Source: a virus (taxonomy: Duplodnaviria; Caudoviricetes). Taken from it: a stretch of DNA of 64,000 nt. Numbering within the stretch: the first letter of the stretch is position 1; each line of letters opens with the position of its first letter. Below the pieces are notes generated by a model, which did not search any database, was not told the DNA's origin, and was given only the letters and a program-made list of their open reading frames with translations. A program made the position numbers and the translations under genes. Below are positions 19,032-28,753 of this stretch, piece by piece. The DNA lies in the IMG/VR virus record IMGVR_UViG_3300013947_000035, positions 14,009-78,008 of that record; one strand, 5' to 3'.

Positions 19032-19826
19032 ATGTTAGGAGCAATTATCGGCGATATTGTGGGTTCAAGATTCGAATTCCACAATATAAAAACAAAAAAA
19101 TTTAAGTTATTCACAAAAGATTCGCGTCCTACTGACGATTCAATTATGACGGCGGCAGTTGACGATTGTTTGCTCAGAGGTTATCAAAACAATCCCGCAG
19201 ACATTGTAAACACGCTGAAGGAATGGGGCGAGGGATATCCGAATGCAGGATATGGTGCACGTTTCTATTACTGGGTGCTTGGCGATGAGACAGAGCCGTA
19301 TTATAGCTACGGTAACGGAGCGGCAATGCGCGTGAGCGGTGTCGGCTGGTTCGCAAAATCTGAAGAAGAAGTAAAAATGTTGTCGAAAGCGGTTACGGAA
19401 GTGACTCATAATCATCCCGAAGGTTTGAAGGGTGCGGAAGTGACAGCTATGTGTGTATATTATGCACGAATCGGAAAGAGTAAAGAGTTCATCCGCGATT
19501 ATATTTATTCGCAATATCCCGAAACGGCGACGCTCGATTATGAAGAATTGAGAAGAACGTATTATCACGGTGAAGAAATTTGTCAGAATACGGTCCCGCA
19601 AGCATTGTTTTGCTTCTTGATTTCGGACTCGTTTGAAGATTGTTTGAGAACGACTATATCTATTGGCGGCGACTGCGATACGACGGCGGCGATTTCGTGC
19701 GCGGTTGCGGAAGCGTTTTACGGGATTCCGCGAGATATTGTAGACGAAGCTTGGGAATATATTCCGCAAGATATAAGAAAATTGCTGACTGTTTGTTATT
19801 GGAATTATCGTACTATAAGAAAGTAA
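19032..19826 (+). CDS. ADP-ribosylglycohydrolase (DraG/ARH family)
   Basis: MLGAIIGDIVGS, TDDSIMT, SYGNGAAMR, TH.HPEG and GGDCDTTAAI canonical motifs. Confidence 0.95.
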   Translation: MLGAIIGDIVGSRFEFHNIKTKKFKLFTKDSRPTDDSIMTAAVDDCLLRGYQNNPADIVNTLKEWGEGYPNAGYGARFYYWVLGDETEPYYSYGNGAAMRVSGVGWFAKSEEEVKMLSKAVTEVTHNHPEGLKGAEVTAMCVYYARIGKSKEFIRDYIYSQYPETATLDYEELRRTYYHGEEICQNTVPQALFCFLISDSFEDCLRTTISIGGDCDTTAAISCAVAEAFYGIPRDIVDEAWEYIPQDIRKLLTVCYWNYRTIRK

Positions 19827-19830
19827 GAGA

Positions 19831-19859
19831 TTGACAATCGATTTTGCCTTTTGTATAAT
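19831..19859 (+). promoter_or_regulatory. perfect sigmaA promoter
   Basis: TTGACA-17 bp-TATAAT. Confidence 0.85.
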
Positions 19860-19890
19860 AATCATATAAAATATTCACGAGGAATAGTAT

Positions 19891-20505
19891 ATGATTTCAA
19901 GCAATACAGAAGGCAATCGTTATCACGACGAAGATGGGAAATTTGCGAGCGCACCGAATGGCGGGGCGAAAACAGACGATAAAAAGATAAAAGCTAATAC
20001 AGCGTTCAAGAAGATTGTTACGCCCTCTACGTCGACATCGCAATCGGGAACGGTAACGGCGGCAACCAACGGTCCGAGAAAAGAAAATCCCGAACTAAAA
20101 GCAAAATTGAAAGGCACGATAAATATGCTCGAAGGTTATCGTGGCAAGCCCGAAGGTACATATAATTTGTTGACGGGTGAAATGGTGAACTTGTCTGACG
20201 GTTTTATGGTGACATTTCACCAAAATGAAGCCGACGAAAACGGACATTATAAGAGCCATTTCGGAAGATATACAAGCGATGAGTATGACCAAACCGCATA
20301 TGATTTTGCTATGGATAACGATGCAGAAGTTTTCGTGGGTGTTTTTGATAATGAACCCGAAATCAGTTTCAAAGTAAAAACAAAAGCGCAAGCAAAAGCA
20401 CTTGCAGAAAAGTATCACCAAGACAGTTATTGGGATAATGCGGCGGGGAAACTTAAAAAGAATAAAAAACGCGATATAAGAAAAAATCCAATGCAAGGAG
20501 AATAA
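19891..20505 (+). CDS. protein with N-terminal YHDxxGKF motif and SAM-lyase-like C-terminal domain
   Basis: GNRYHDEDGKF; VGVF...EISFKV..KAQAKALAEKYHQDSYW resembles the phage SAM lyase G-x-aromatic / E-x-S/T / Q-D pattern. Confidence 0.5.
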   Translation: MISSNTEGNRYHDEDGKFASAPNGGAKTDDKKIKANTAFKKIVTPSTSTSQSGTVTAATNGPRKENPELKAKLKGTINMLEGYRGKPEGTYNLLTGEMVNLSDGFMVTFHQNEADENGHYKSHFGRYTSDEYDQTAYDFAMDNDAEVFVGVFDNEPEISFKVKTKAQAKALAEKYHQDSYWDNAAGKLKKNKKRDIRKNPMQGE

Positions 20506-20509
20506 AAAA

Positions 20510-20767
20510 ATGGACGCATATGAAAGATATCTTGAATATGAAGATAAAATATATGAACTCGAAGACGCAGAGAGGTGGGATGAAGCAAAGAAACTCGAAG
20601 ACGAACAACTTGCCATTCGCAACAATGAATTCACAAGAAAAGATTGGGAACGTTTGATTGACGACGCAAAATTCGATAAGCGTGCTAAATTCGAATATAC
20701 CAAAATGATGAACGCAAAATTCCCCGAAGAAGATGAGGCAATGCGTTTGTTCGGATTCAAGAAATAA
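20510..20767 (+). CDS. small acidic protein ending in EAMRLFGFKK
   Basis: 85 aa; AAGGAG RBS; C-terminus resembles the scaffold C-terminus. Confidence 0.75.
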   Translation: MDAYERYLEYEDKIYELEDAERWDEAKKLEDEQLAIRNNEFTRKDWERLIDDAKFDKRAKFEYTKMMNAKFPEEDEAMRLFGFKK

Positions 20768-20806
20768 GTTCTTGACAGCGTTTTGTGTTTGGTCTATACT
20801 TGAATT

Positions 20807-20980
20807 ATGGACGAAATGACAACGACAACAGAATCGACCTCGAACTCGACTTCGAATCATATTGATTTAATTTCGGCTCATTTGGCGAAATTGAAGAAAA
20901 CCACAGATAGTATGCCCGAGAACGTATTAAAGTTGTTCGGGCTTTTGCCTAAAAAGAAATCAGATAAGGAAGATAAGTAA
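20807..20980 (+). CDS. 57-aa leaderless ORF containing VLKLFGL (absent from ORF track)
   Basis: TTGACA(20772)-17-TATACT(20795), ATG 6 nt later; translates MDEMTTTT...ENVLKLFGLLPKKKSDKEDK. Confidence 0.6.
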   Translation: MDEMTTTTESTSNSTSNHIDLISAHLAKLKKTTDSMPENVLKLFGLLPKKKSDKEDK

Positions 20981-20982
20981 CG

Positions 20983-21888
20983 ATGCCTTTCATTGACAAT
21001 ATTAAGTTTAACGAAATCTTGAATGCGTCTCGTAACGGCAACGAGAAAGCGATGGCTATAATGCAGAGTATGCGCAAAGGCGGCACGCAAGACGACATAG
21101 ACCGCCTTGTAAACGCTTATTACGACATTTCGACCGTTCCTGAACAACAACAGCAACAAGCTGTTGTTGCCGCTGGAGACGAGTCTCAACCGAGCGTAGA
21201 AGCCGTTATGGACGACGTAGCGCCCCTTATACCCGAAGGCGAAGAAAACACGGGTGAAATTGACGAGTCGCTCGTGACCGAAAATGATGTAGAAGCGGAT
21301 ACGCAAGAAGTCGATATTTCGGATATACTCGGTAAAGAGACTGAAGGCTTGTTTGATGAAGACGAATACGAAAACGTGTCCTTTGGCGATTTCTTGAAGA
21401 ATAAGAGGTCGGACGCGAACAGAGCGGTAAAGAACGCAGATTATTTCAAAGCGTTCGATATGGACGGCAGGAATAAATATGCGGACGGACTTATCGACAC
21501 TTATCGTCACAAGTTCGACGGCAATCTTCGCGACATCGAAAGAGATTACGCTGACAAGAATCAAGCGATTGCGGGATATACACAATCCGTGAACGATATG
21601 CTCGACGACGATATCGAATTTGCGTCGGATTCGGCAACGAAAGCGTACAATGATTTGATTGACAACGACTCGGCAATGAGTGCTTTCGGTCGCTATTGGG
21701 ATTCTGACGACACCAGCGCGGTTTTAAGCACACTTCAAGAGTTGGTAGGTCAATACGGTAAGGCAAACGTTATCGCGGCTCTAAACGTCATTAAAGGCGA
21801 TAACGACGCGCATAGGGATTATCTCAACAACTCGGTCGACGCGAATATAAGCAAGTATTCGAAAGCGGTCGATAAAATACTTCGGTGA
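20983..21888 (+). CDS. acidic hypothetical protein, possible internal virion/ejection protein
   Basis: 301 aa, D/E-rich, helical, in the morphogenesis region. Confidence 0.7.
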   Translation: MPFIDNIKFNEILNASRNGNEKAMAIMQSMRKGGTQDDIDRLVNAYYDISTVPEQQQQQAVVAAGDESQPSVEAVMDDVAPLIPEGEENTGEIDESLVTENDVEADTQEVDISDILGKETEGLFDEDEYENVSFGDFLKNKRSDANRAVKNADYFKAFDMDGRNKYADGLIDTYRHKFDGNLRDIERDYADKNQAIAGYTQSVNDMLDDDIEFASDSATKAYNDLIDNDSAMSAFGRYWDSDDTSAVLSTLQELVGQYGKANVIAALNVIKGDNDAHRDYLNNSVDANISKYSKAVDKILR

Positions 21889-22168
21889 AAATTTGGCTTT
21901 TGGGTGTTTTTAAGCCATAGTGGTATACTCCTCCTGGAAAAACTCACAATATGTTGTGGGTTTTTTCATTTTTTGCTTGATTTTTCCACAAATGTATACT
22001 ATTATAATGATAGCAGGTATGCGCATTCTTGTGTATATTTGTGTTTTCCCTTTGCGTGCGGGCTTGGTTAATATCCGAGTCCGTGCTATTTTTTTAGGAA
22101 GTTTTTGATAAAGGGTTGAAATTTGCGGATTAGTATTGTACAATTATGTTTATAAGCGAGGTGCGAAT

Positions 22169-22573
22169 TTGGCGAACGTGAGTTTATTGCCAGCAAGTCT
22201 CGAATCTTCGAGCAATGATGTAGGCATTGAAAGTCTAAAACAGAGTTTGGCAAGAATCTTGGCAGACGAATTTCGTAATGAATTCAGGACCATACATTTT
22301 TCGGGTCAGTTGCTAAAAAGCATAAAGGTATCGAGAGATGATTCGGGCAATTATATGATTAGAATACCCCCTCAGATATACGATATCGCGTTTTATCGCA
22401 GGTATAAAGTCATAAAAAACATAAGCACTGACAGCTATGCGATTGACGTAAATCTTGGGGGCGGATTCAGTGGATTGCATAAAGACTACATACAAAAGTG
22501 CCTTAGCATTGCAATACAAAAATGGGCGGCACAAAACAATATAAAATATAAAATAGACGCAAAGGTGAATTAA
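22169..22573 (+). CDS. putative neck/tail-completion protein (HK97 gp10-like)
   Basis: SGQLLKSI resembles the TGxLxxSI motif; GAGGTG RBS favours TTG at 22169. Confidence 0.5.
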   Translation: MANVSLLPASLESSSNDVGIESLKQSLARILADEFRNEFRTIHFSGQLLKSIKVSRDDSGNYMIRIPPQIYDIAFYRRYKVIKNISTDSYAIDVNLGGGFSGLHKDYIQKCLSIAIQKWAAQNNIKYKIDAKVN

Positions 22574-22574
22574 T

Positions 22575-23708
22575 ATGGCAACAGACGACGTGCAAAAACT
22601 AAATCTCGACGATATTTTGACTTTGATTCAAGGTCAGTTGCTCGAATATATGAATTCGGAAGAAAATTATGAGACTTACAAGAATCTCAAAATATACTTA
22701 TCGAAAGAGCAACAATTCATAAAGTTAAAAGATAAGGACCCGAACGCATTATATATTGTGGTCCGTTTCGGCGCGGCAGATGTCATATTCGGACAAACGG
22801 TATTGCCCGCGAGTATAATTGCACTCGGTCCTCAAAATAAGCTTGATATTGTGCAATCATTGTTCTTTGAGTATGTGCAAAAATATAATCAGGCGCGTGC
22901 TTTGAATGATACAGTACAACAATTTTACGATTCGCCTGAGATTCTGGAAAACTTCAACCAATTATATGAAGGCTATCGCAATACGCTTTCGATGTCGGCT
23001 GCATTCGTTATCGGCACGAATGCGAATAATTATACCGTTTATTATTATTATAATGAGAACGGTCATACTTATGCGGACGAAGTGCCTATCATTTCGACTT
23101 CCTTTGCTTATGTGGCGAATCCAGATACGCAAGCGTTTTATAATTCAAACGATTTTACCAAGAGCGTTATAGGTTTTGGTGGTGTTACCGTAGGATTCTC
23201 GACTTTTGTTTTGTCCGATAACAGACTAATAAACGATATCTTGGATGTGTTCGGTTGCGTAGACGGTAGCGAAAACGCGCCTTATGTTTATCTTTTGGGC
23301 GATTACACATCTAAATTCCAACTTGATAAAGGTATATATCCAACAGACACGGCTATAAGGGAAACTCTCAAAGCTCAAAAAAACGAAAAAGGAGAAGCTT
23401 TGTATCCTGAAAGTATGTGGGATAATTTGTCGGTAATAGCCCAAAAAGATGATACGCTTTGGCGATATGAAGACAAAATATGGGTTGAAAAAAATCAACT
23501 AAAAAAAGTCCCGACACTTAGCAAATATCCAGAAACGAATCAAGATGCAAAGAAGAATGTCGAATCACCTGTTGATAAGACATTCCGACTTGGAATCAAA
23601 TTTAGAGACGGGAAGCACGCAAGAATGGGGAATTATAAACTTGTGAATATGACGAGTTCACAAGAATTAGAACAAATACCTACAATAGCAGTAGCATTCG
23701 TGGAGTAA
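22575..23708 (+). CDS. structural protein, possible tail terminator/tube-like
   Basis: 377 aa; position after the neck-like gene; no unambiguous motif. Confidence 0.5.
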   Translation: MATDDVQKLNLDDILTLIQGQLLEYMNSEENYETYKNLKIYLSKEQQFIKLKDKDPNALYIVVRFGAADVIFGQTVLPASIIALGPQNKLDIVQSLFFEYVQKYNQARALNDTVQQFYDSPEILENFNQLYEGYRNTLSMSAAFVIGTNANNYTVYYYYNENGHTYADEVPIISTSFAYVANPDTQAFYNSNDFTKSVIGFGGVTVGFSTFVLSDNRLINDILDVFGCVDGSENAPYVYLLGDYTSKFQLDKGIYPTDTAIRETLKAQKNEKGEALYPESMWDNLSVIAQKDDTLWRYEDKIWVEKNQLKKVPTLSKYPETNQDAKKNVESPVDKTFRLGIKFRDGKHARMGNYKLVNMTSSQELEQIPTIAVAFVE

Positions 23709-23711
23709 TAT

Positions 23712-24332
23712 ATGGCAAACGGCGATATTAAAATAACAATTATCGGCGGCGGTGACGGAAGTGGCGGCAGTGACGGCGGTGGGCGTAAGAAAAAAGAAAA
23801 AACGTCTGCTGATATGATGCTCGACAGTATCAAAAAACTTCTGCACCCCGTCCAAACTGCAAAATCAGTTGCAGAAGAATCGGCGATAAATGTTCTTGGC
23901 GGTAGTGGGAAATCTGCAATGGTTGTCGGATTAAGCGCCAAAATTGTTGCTGATGTCGCGCAAGAAGCATATTCTATTGCGATGATGGAACACAATAGAT
24001 ATTTTACACTTCGTGAAGATTATATCGGTCAAAACAAAATGAATGCGATTCAAACGCAGATAGGTACGGCGAAATCTTTGTTGTCTTCTATCGTAGGAGG
24101 AGCAATAGCAGGCGCAGCTATTGGAACATCGTCAGCAAATCCTTTGGGTGTTGCAGTTGGCGCCGTCGTAGGTGGTGTTACAAGCGGTGTAAAAGCTGGT
24201 CTGAATCTGAGAGTACAACGCGACCAAAAAATTGAACAATATAATATGCAACTTAATGCAACAAACGCGCAGACGCAGTTTATGGCTTCACGAGCGAGTC
24301 TCGTAAATGGTGGTAGAGGAACGGAATATTAA
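23712..24332 (+). CDS. Gly/Ala-rich membrane-segment protein (mini tape-measure or ejection-like)
   Basis: Glycine zipper IVGGAIAGAAIG...VAVGAVVGGVTSGV. Confidence 0.55.
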   Translation: MANGDIKITIIGGGDGSGGSDGGGRKKKEKTSADMMLDSIKKLLHPVQTAKSVAEESAINVLGGSGKSAMVVGLSAKIVADVAQEAYSIAMMEHNRYFTLREDYIGQNKMNAIQTQIGTAKSLLSSIVGGAIAGAAIGTSSANPLGVAVGAVVGGVTSGVKAGLNLRVQRDQKIEQYNMQLNATNAQTQFMASRASLVNGGRGTEY

Positions 24333-24333
24333 T

Positions 24334-27300
24334 ATGAATCTCACAGTTAGAATTCACGATAAAGAATATAAAGAAGAAGTTGCACAAGGTATAACTTTTT
24401 CAGAAGAATACAATGAAACGCTTGATAGCGGTACGGTTAGACTTACGCACGTTATAGGACAAATTAAGGACCTAAAACCTTATGATGATGTTTACATTTA
24501 TGATAGTGCTTATGATTTTGACGATAATATATCGCAATGGCGAATAGGCGGCAATTTGAAAGATGAACCGTTTTATCGGCATTTACTTGTAGACCAGTTT
24601 TCGGAAGAAATTATCAACCTTTCCGAAGGCATTTTCGCATACACAATCGAGCTTTTCAGCGAAACGAAAGGTCTCGAAACTGTACAATGCCCGAACATTT
24701 CGGTTACGCAACCGTTGAATGTCAAGAAAAAAGTCGATATTTATACATATTTGGTACGTTTTACTAATCTGTATTCGCCAAAATATAAAACACTGGACCG
24801 TAATAATGCTGGCTGTTGGGTATATGCTCAAAAATATACGATATCGCCCGAACTCGAAGAAGTTTTTAGCGGATTCTATTCGCAAGATTTTACATTATCG
24901 AATCCTAATTTGCGTGATATTTTGTCAACTTTGATGATAACAAAGGATATGATTCCATATGTCAAAGACAATGTGATTTACGCAAAAGATATATCTAAAC
25001 GTACAGACACATATGATATTGTCGAAGAACAAAATGCGGGCAGAGTTAACCGTATTGTTGGACAAATGTCAAGTGCTGATTATTGTGATGGTGTGCGTAG
25101 ACAGTATTCGGACGCATTGTCATCCGATGGCATTTGCAATTTTGTCGAATATTTGGGTTTCAGAAACAATGATAATGCTTTAATGACTTTGGACAACATG
25201 TGCGTAAATACTACAGGCAAAATTTATACTGTAGATGAGTTTTTAGCTTGCTATTATAAAAAAGGTCAAATTTATTATGCTGGGACTGGTGAATGGACAG
25301 ACGTTTATTTTTTGTGCGAACAAGATATTACGCCCTTGATAAAACTTGATACAGAATGGAATATGCTCAATCAAGATTGGAGAGAGCTGGAAGAGTCTGC
25401 TCCGCCTATCACAATAGAAGAGCTTTCAAGATATAAAATAGGGACTGTTTATTATTCTATAGGAAGTAATAAAATACTGGGATGGGGTACACGATACAAT
25501 AAATATAAAGCTAATGATTTAAGTGTCGTTGATATAACCAAAACATATATAGAAAACATTATTAGTTTTGTGGATAAATATAATCCGTTGGGTACATCTA
25601 CTCCAAATGGAATCATAGAAAACTATATTAAGACAAATAATTTAGATTGGGATTCAGAGCTGTGTAAATTCGCAGCTTCCAATGACATGTCAATATATGG
25701 TTTTAATAACTTAACATCGGTATCCAAATTAAAAACAATAGCTTTTAAGATAAAATATAAAGGTTTTTATGATGGGGCAATAGTGCATTCTCGTGATAAA
25801 GGGAAAGATATTTTTTATCAAAATGATAATGTGTCGTCCTCTTTAACACTACTTGAAAAAGATGGCATAAATCAAAAAGAAAAACTTAATCGTTTTGCGA
25901 ATAAAACGCATATTATAAACGGGCGTCTCGATGGCGTCAATTATAGCGTTAAGAATCTGCTTCAACTTGGTTATACAGGGTCGATTGGAGACGACGATGA
26001 TGTTATTATTTATCGCCGAGAGTATTCTTTTTATAACAATTACATTTCGGTTTCATATGCGGGGGTACAAGATTATGTGTTGAAAAATTTCTATACAAGC
26101 GTATACGCGAAATATAGAATTAATCAACTTATGTCTTATAATGAAAGCGTAAGCAGAGCAGAAAACAAAAAAATTATTTTGCTTTTATCTAAAAATAAAA
26201 AATACAAAGATGAACAAACTTTTTTTAAGATAATTGATGATAATGAGCAACGAGTTGAATCGAAAGAATTTTTTAGTGCTTTCGTAGGACAAAATGAGAG
26301 TTCTAATATCAATACTGTATTGATAAAGTCTGGCATGGGCAAACAATATTTTGTAGATGGCAAAACATTTACAAGCGGAAATAATCTTTGTTTCAATATG
26401 TTTATGCCAGACAATATATCTGGTGGCAATAGCATAACAAAATACATGTCTAACTATCAGCTTTTGTCTGAAAAACCAAGCGAGGATGGAGAATATTATG
26501 TCGGTTCTTTACAAGAATGGTATGATATAGTGGACGACAACGAAACAGGTTCCATAGCGGAGCTTTCTTTTGAGTTAAGCAATCGGAAAGTTTCTCCAAT
26601 AAAAGTAATTAGTGCCGATAACACTTCAAAAATTGATATATTCTATCAATATTCAATGAGTTTGCCGAAAAATGAAGTTGTTGTTTCTAATGAAACGAGA
26701 AATGTTATAAAAATTTCTTCTGAGAAATATTATAAAGACAATAAAGAACGCATCAATTTAACATTGCAAATAGAACCAATATCCATAGAAAAAAATGATA
26801 TTATCATGGGGAATTACTTTGTTAAGTTAAGTAATCTTATATTCCCATATGATAATGGTAAAAATGAGCAAGATATTGAAATACCTACCAAAGATGTAGA
26901 CGAAGGATATTCAATGAATGTTTATTTCTATTTTTTGGGATTAGGCGAAAGAGGAACTCAAATTTCAATAGCTGCGAGTCCTGACACTGCTGGAGACGAG
27001 GATGCAGATGATGAATTTTATCAAAGTTTATTGGGATTGATTTGGTCGAATACGATAAGTGGCGACCCTCAATATGTATACAGGATTCCATTCGAAGCAA
27101 ATATAACGTTCACTGGAAATAATAATAGTAGGTTTACTTTTAATGCAACACATATTGGCTATATTGATGCCGATGGTAAGGGCGTTGAGCCATCTCCTGG
27201 TCCTGGTTATCCTATATACCTTTGGGGAAATGGTATGGACGGTGGAACTCCTATCGGAGGGTCACCTGCTATCCGTTTTACAACTATTTCTTCTCCATCG

Positions 27301-28698
27301 ACTGATGGCGGTCATGCTTATTATCGTTATACTGCAAGCAATGTTCCGAATGAGGCAGATGCAGACATTCCCTATCAAGAAGAAATTGTTTCTAAACAAA
27401 CTACTTCGACATATCAGACTATAACTAAAAATATGTTTTTAGAATATAATACCGATTATATAAACACGAATAAAGAATCGGAAATTTTGCCATTAAACAC
27501 GCATAAAATTTTCAGTGATAAAAAGGTGTCCGATGTATTTTTTATTATAGGCGGCGGAGATGAATCTATACTTAGAATTGATGTCACAGACATTACGAGT
27601 ATTAATAATGGTGGCAATGTTGAAATTTTGGACGGTATAAAATCAATCAATTATTGGTATTTTGATTTTAATGCTGCATATAAAAAGGATTATTCTGAAA
27701 GAAACGACATAGTATATACCTACATGCCTGAAAAATCAGGATATCATTTTGTGTTCGGAATTAATATCTACACAAAAGATATAAAGAAAGAAGGTGACAA
27801 ACGTTATATAGATATTTATATCACAAAAATGACAAACAGAGATGAACGCATATTTGATAATATGGGAAGGCAGATTGGAATTATACATAATTGTATAGAT
27901 TCAAATGGCAAATATTCTGTTCCAACAAAACAAAAATATGACGAGATATTGGAAATCCCTATCGATTATGATAGAGCTAATTTTATTACTTTTGGCGGAG
28001 ACAAAAATGTATTTATAGAAGCAAAAAGAATCGATTCCCCAAATAAGCATGCGCCAACAGGGATATTGGAAGACGGAACAAAAATATATTATGGGGACAC
28101 AATAGAGCTAAATATTACACCCCAAAATCCACAATATTTATTAGGGTATGTCGAAATTAATAATGTAATAGAGGCACAAGATGCTTTGAGATACACAACC
28201 ACAATTAATATTGTAGGCTCTGTAGATATAAAAGTATATTCTGATAAAATGACATTAATTGGATGGAAGACAGTGTTTATTGGTTCGCAGACAAAAACGG
28301 TAAACATGGAACTTATAAACGACCCGTTAACGCAGGAAATGCCGACAGTAGGCACAACTTCAGCTGATATTCTACTTTCAGATTTTGGCATCGATAAAAA
28401 CGTTATAACAAATCCCATAAGAATAACAGGTATTATTTCTATCGGTGTCGGTGGGGCTGAAATTAACAAGACAGAAGATATTGCATTGTCGGAATCTGAA
28501 TTGACTAATGAATATGTTCTAAAAACAAATAAAGTAACAACAACAGTAGGAATCAATAATTATAGCGTAGGAGCGTCCATAAGCATGAAAGCGGTCGATG
28601 GGAAATTAAGTATACGACTTAATATGAACAAAGCAAGAAATCTTACAATCGCAAACAGCTCTGCGGAAATCATGATAACCAAAGTTGAGCAAATCTAA
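24334..28698 (+). CDS. large baseplate hub / tail tip protein
   Basis: ~1454 aa; GAGG RBS favours 24334; beta-rich; AT-richer distal two thirds. Confidence 0.6.
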   Translation: MNLTVRIHDKEYKEEVAQGITFSEEYNETLDSGTVRLTHVIGQIKDLKPYDDVYIYDSAYDFDDNISQWRIGGNLKDEPFYRHLLVDQFSEEIINLSEGIFAYTIELFSETKGLETVQCPNISVTQPLNVKKKVDIYTYLVRFTNLYSPKYKTLDRNNAGCWVYAQKYTISPELEEVFSGFYSQDFTLSNPNLRDILSTLMITKDMIPYVKDNVIYAKDISKRTDTYDIVEEQNAGRVNRIVGQMSSADYCDGVRRQYSDALSSDGICNFVEYLGFRNNDNALMTLDNMCVNTTGKIYTVDEFLACYYKKGQIYYAGTGEWTDVYFLCEQDITPLIKLDTEWNMLNQDWRELEESAPPITIEELSRYKIGTVYYSIGSNKILGWGTRYNKYKANDLSVVDITKTYIENIISFVDKYNPLGTSTPNGIIENYIKTNNLDWDSELCKFAASNDMSIYGFNNLTSVSKLKTIAFKIKYKGFYDGAIVHSRDKGKDIFYQNDNVSSSLTLLEKDGINQKEKLNRFANKTHIINGRLDGVNYSVKNLLQLGYTGSIGDDDDVIIYRREYSFYNNYISVSYAGVQDYVLKNFYTSVYAKYRINQLMSYNESVSRAENKKIILLLSKNKKYKDEQTFFKIIDDNEQRVESKEFFSAFVGQNESSNINTVLIKSGMGKQYFVDGKTFTSGNNLCFNMFMPDNISGGNSITKYMSNYQLLSEKPSEDGEYYVGSLQEWYDIVDDNETGSIAELSFELSNRKVSPIKVISADNTSKIDIFYQYSMSLPKNEVVVSNETRNVIKISSEKYYKDNKERINLTLQIEPISIEKNDIIMGNYFVKLSNLIFPYDNGKNEQDIEIPTKDVDEGYSMNVYFYFLGLGERGTQISIAASPDTAGDEDADDEFYQSLLGLIWSNTISGDPQYVYRIPFEANITFTGNNNSRFTFNATHIGYIDADGKGVEPSPGPGYPIYLWGNGMDGGTPIGGSPAIRFTTISSPSTDGGHAYYRYTASNVPNEADADIPYQEEIVSKQTTSTYQTITKNMFLEYNTDYINTNKESEILPLNTHKIFSDKKVSDVFFIIGGGDESILRIDVTDITSINNGGNVEILDGIKSINYWYFDFNAAYKKDYSERNDIVYTYMPEKSGYHFVFGINIYTKDIKKEGDKRYIDIYITKMTNRDERIFDNMGRQIGIIHNCIDSNGKYSVPTKQKYDEILEIPIDYDRANFITFGGDKNVFIEAKRIDSPNKHAPTGILEDGTKIYYGDTIELNITPQNPQYLLGYVEINNVIEAQDALRYTTTINIVGSVDIKVYSDKMTLIGWKTVFIGSQTKTVNMELINDPLTQEMPTVGTTSADILLSDFGIDKNVITNPIRITGIISIGVGGAEINKTEDIALSESELTNEYVLKTNKVTTTVGINNYSVGASISMKAVDGKLSIRLNMNKARNLTIANSSAEIMITKVEQI

Positions 28699-28753
28699 AC
28701 TAACACTTGCAATCCGCGCCCCATTGTGTTAGACTTAAAGCGAGGTATAGATA

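Noticed and set aside
21889-22135. Type I toxin-antitoxin or minigene in the gap before the neck gene (29-aa hydrophobic ORF from ~22019; minus-strand AGGAGG-ATG-GCT-TAA)
   Set aside because: Weak RBS, overlap with terminator and promoter hairpins, and no supporting family motif.
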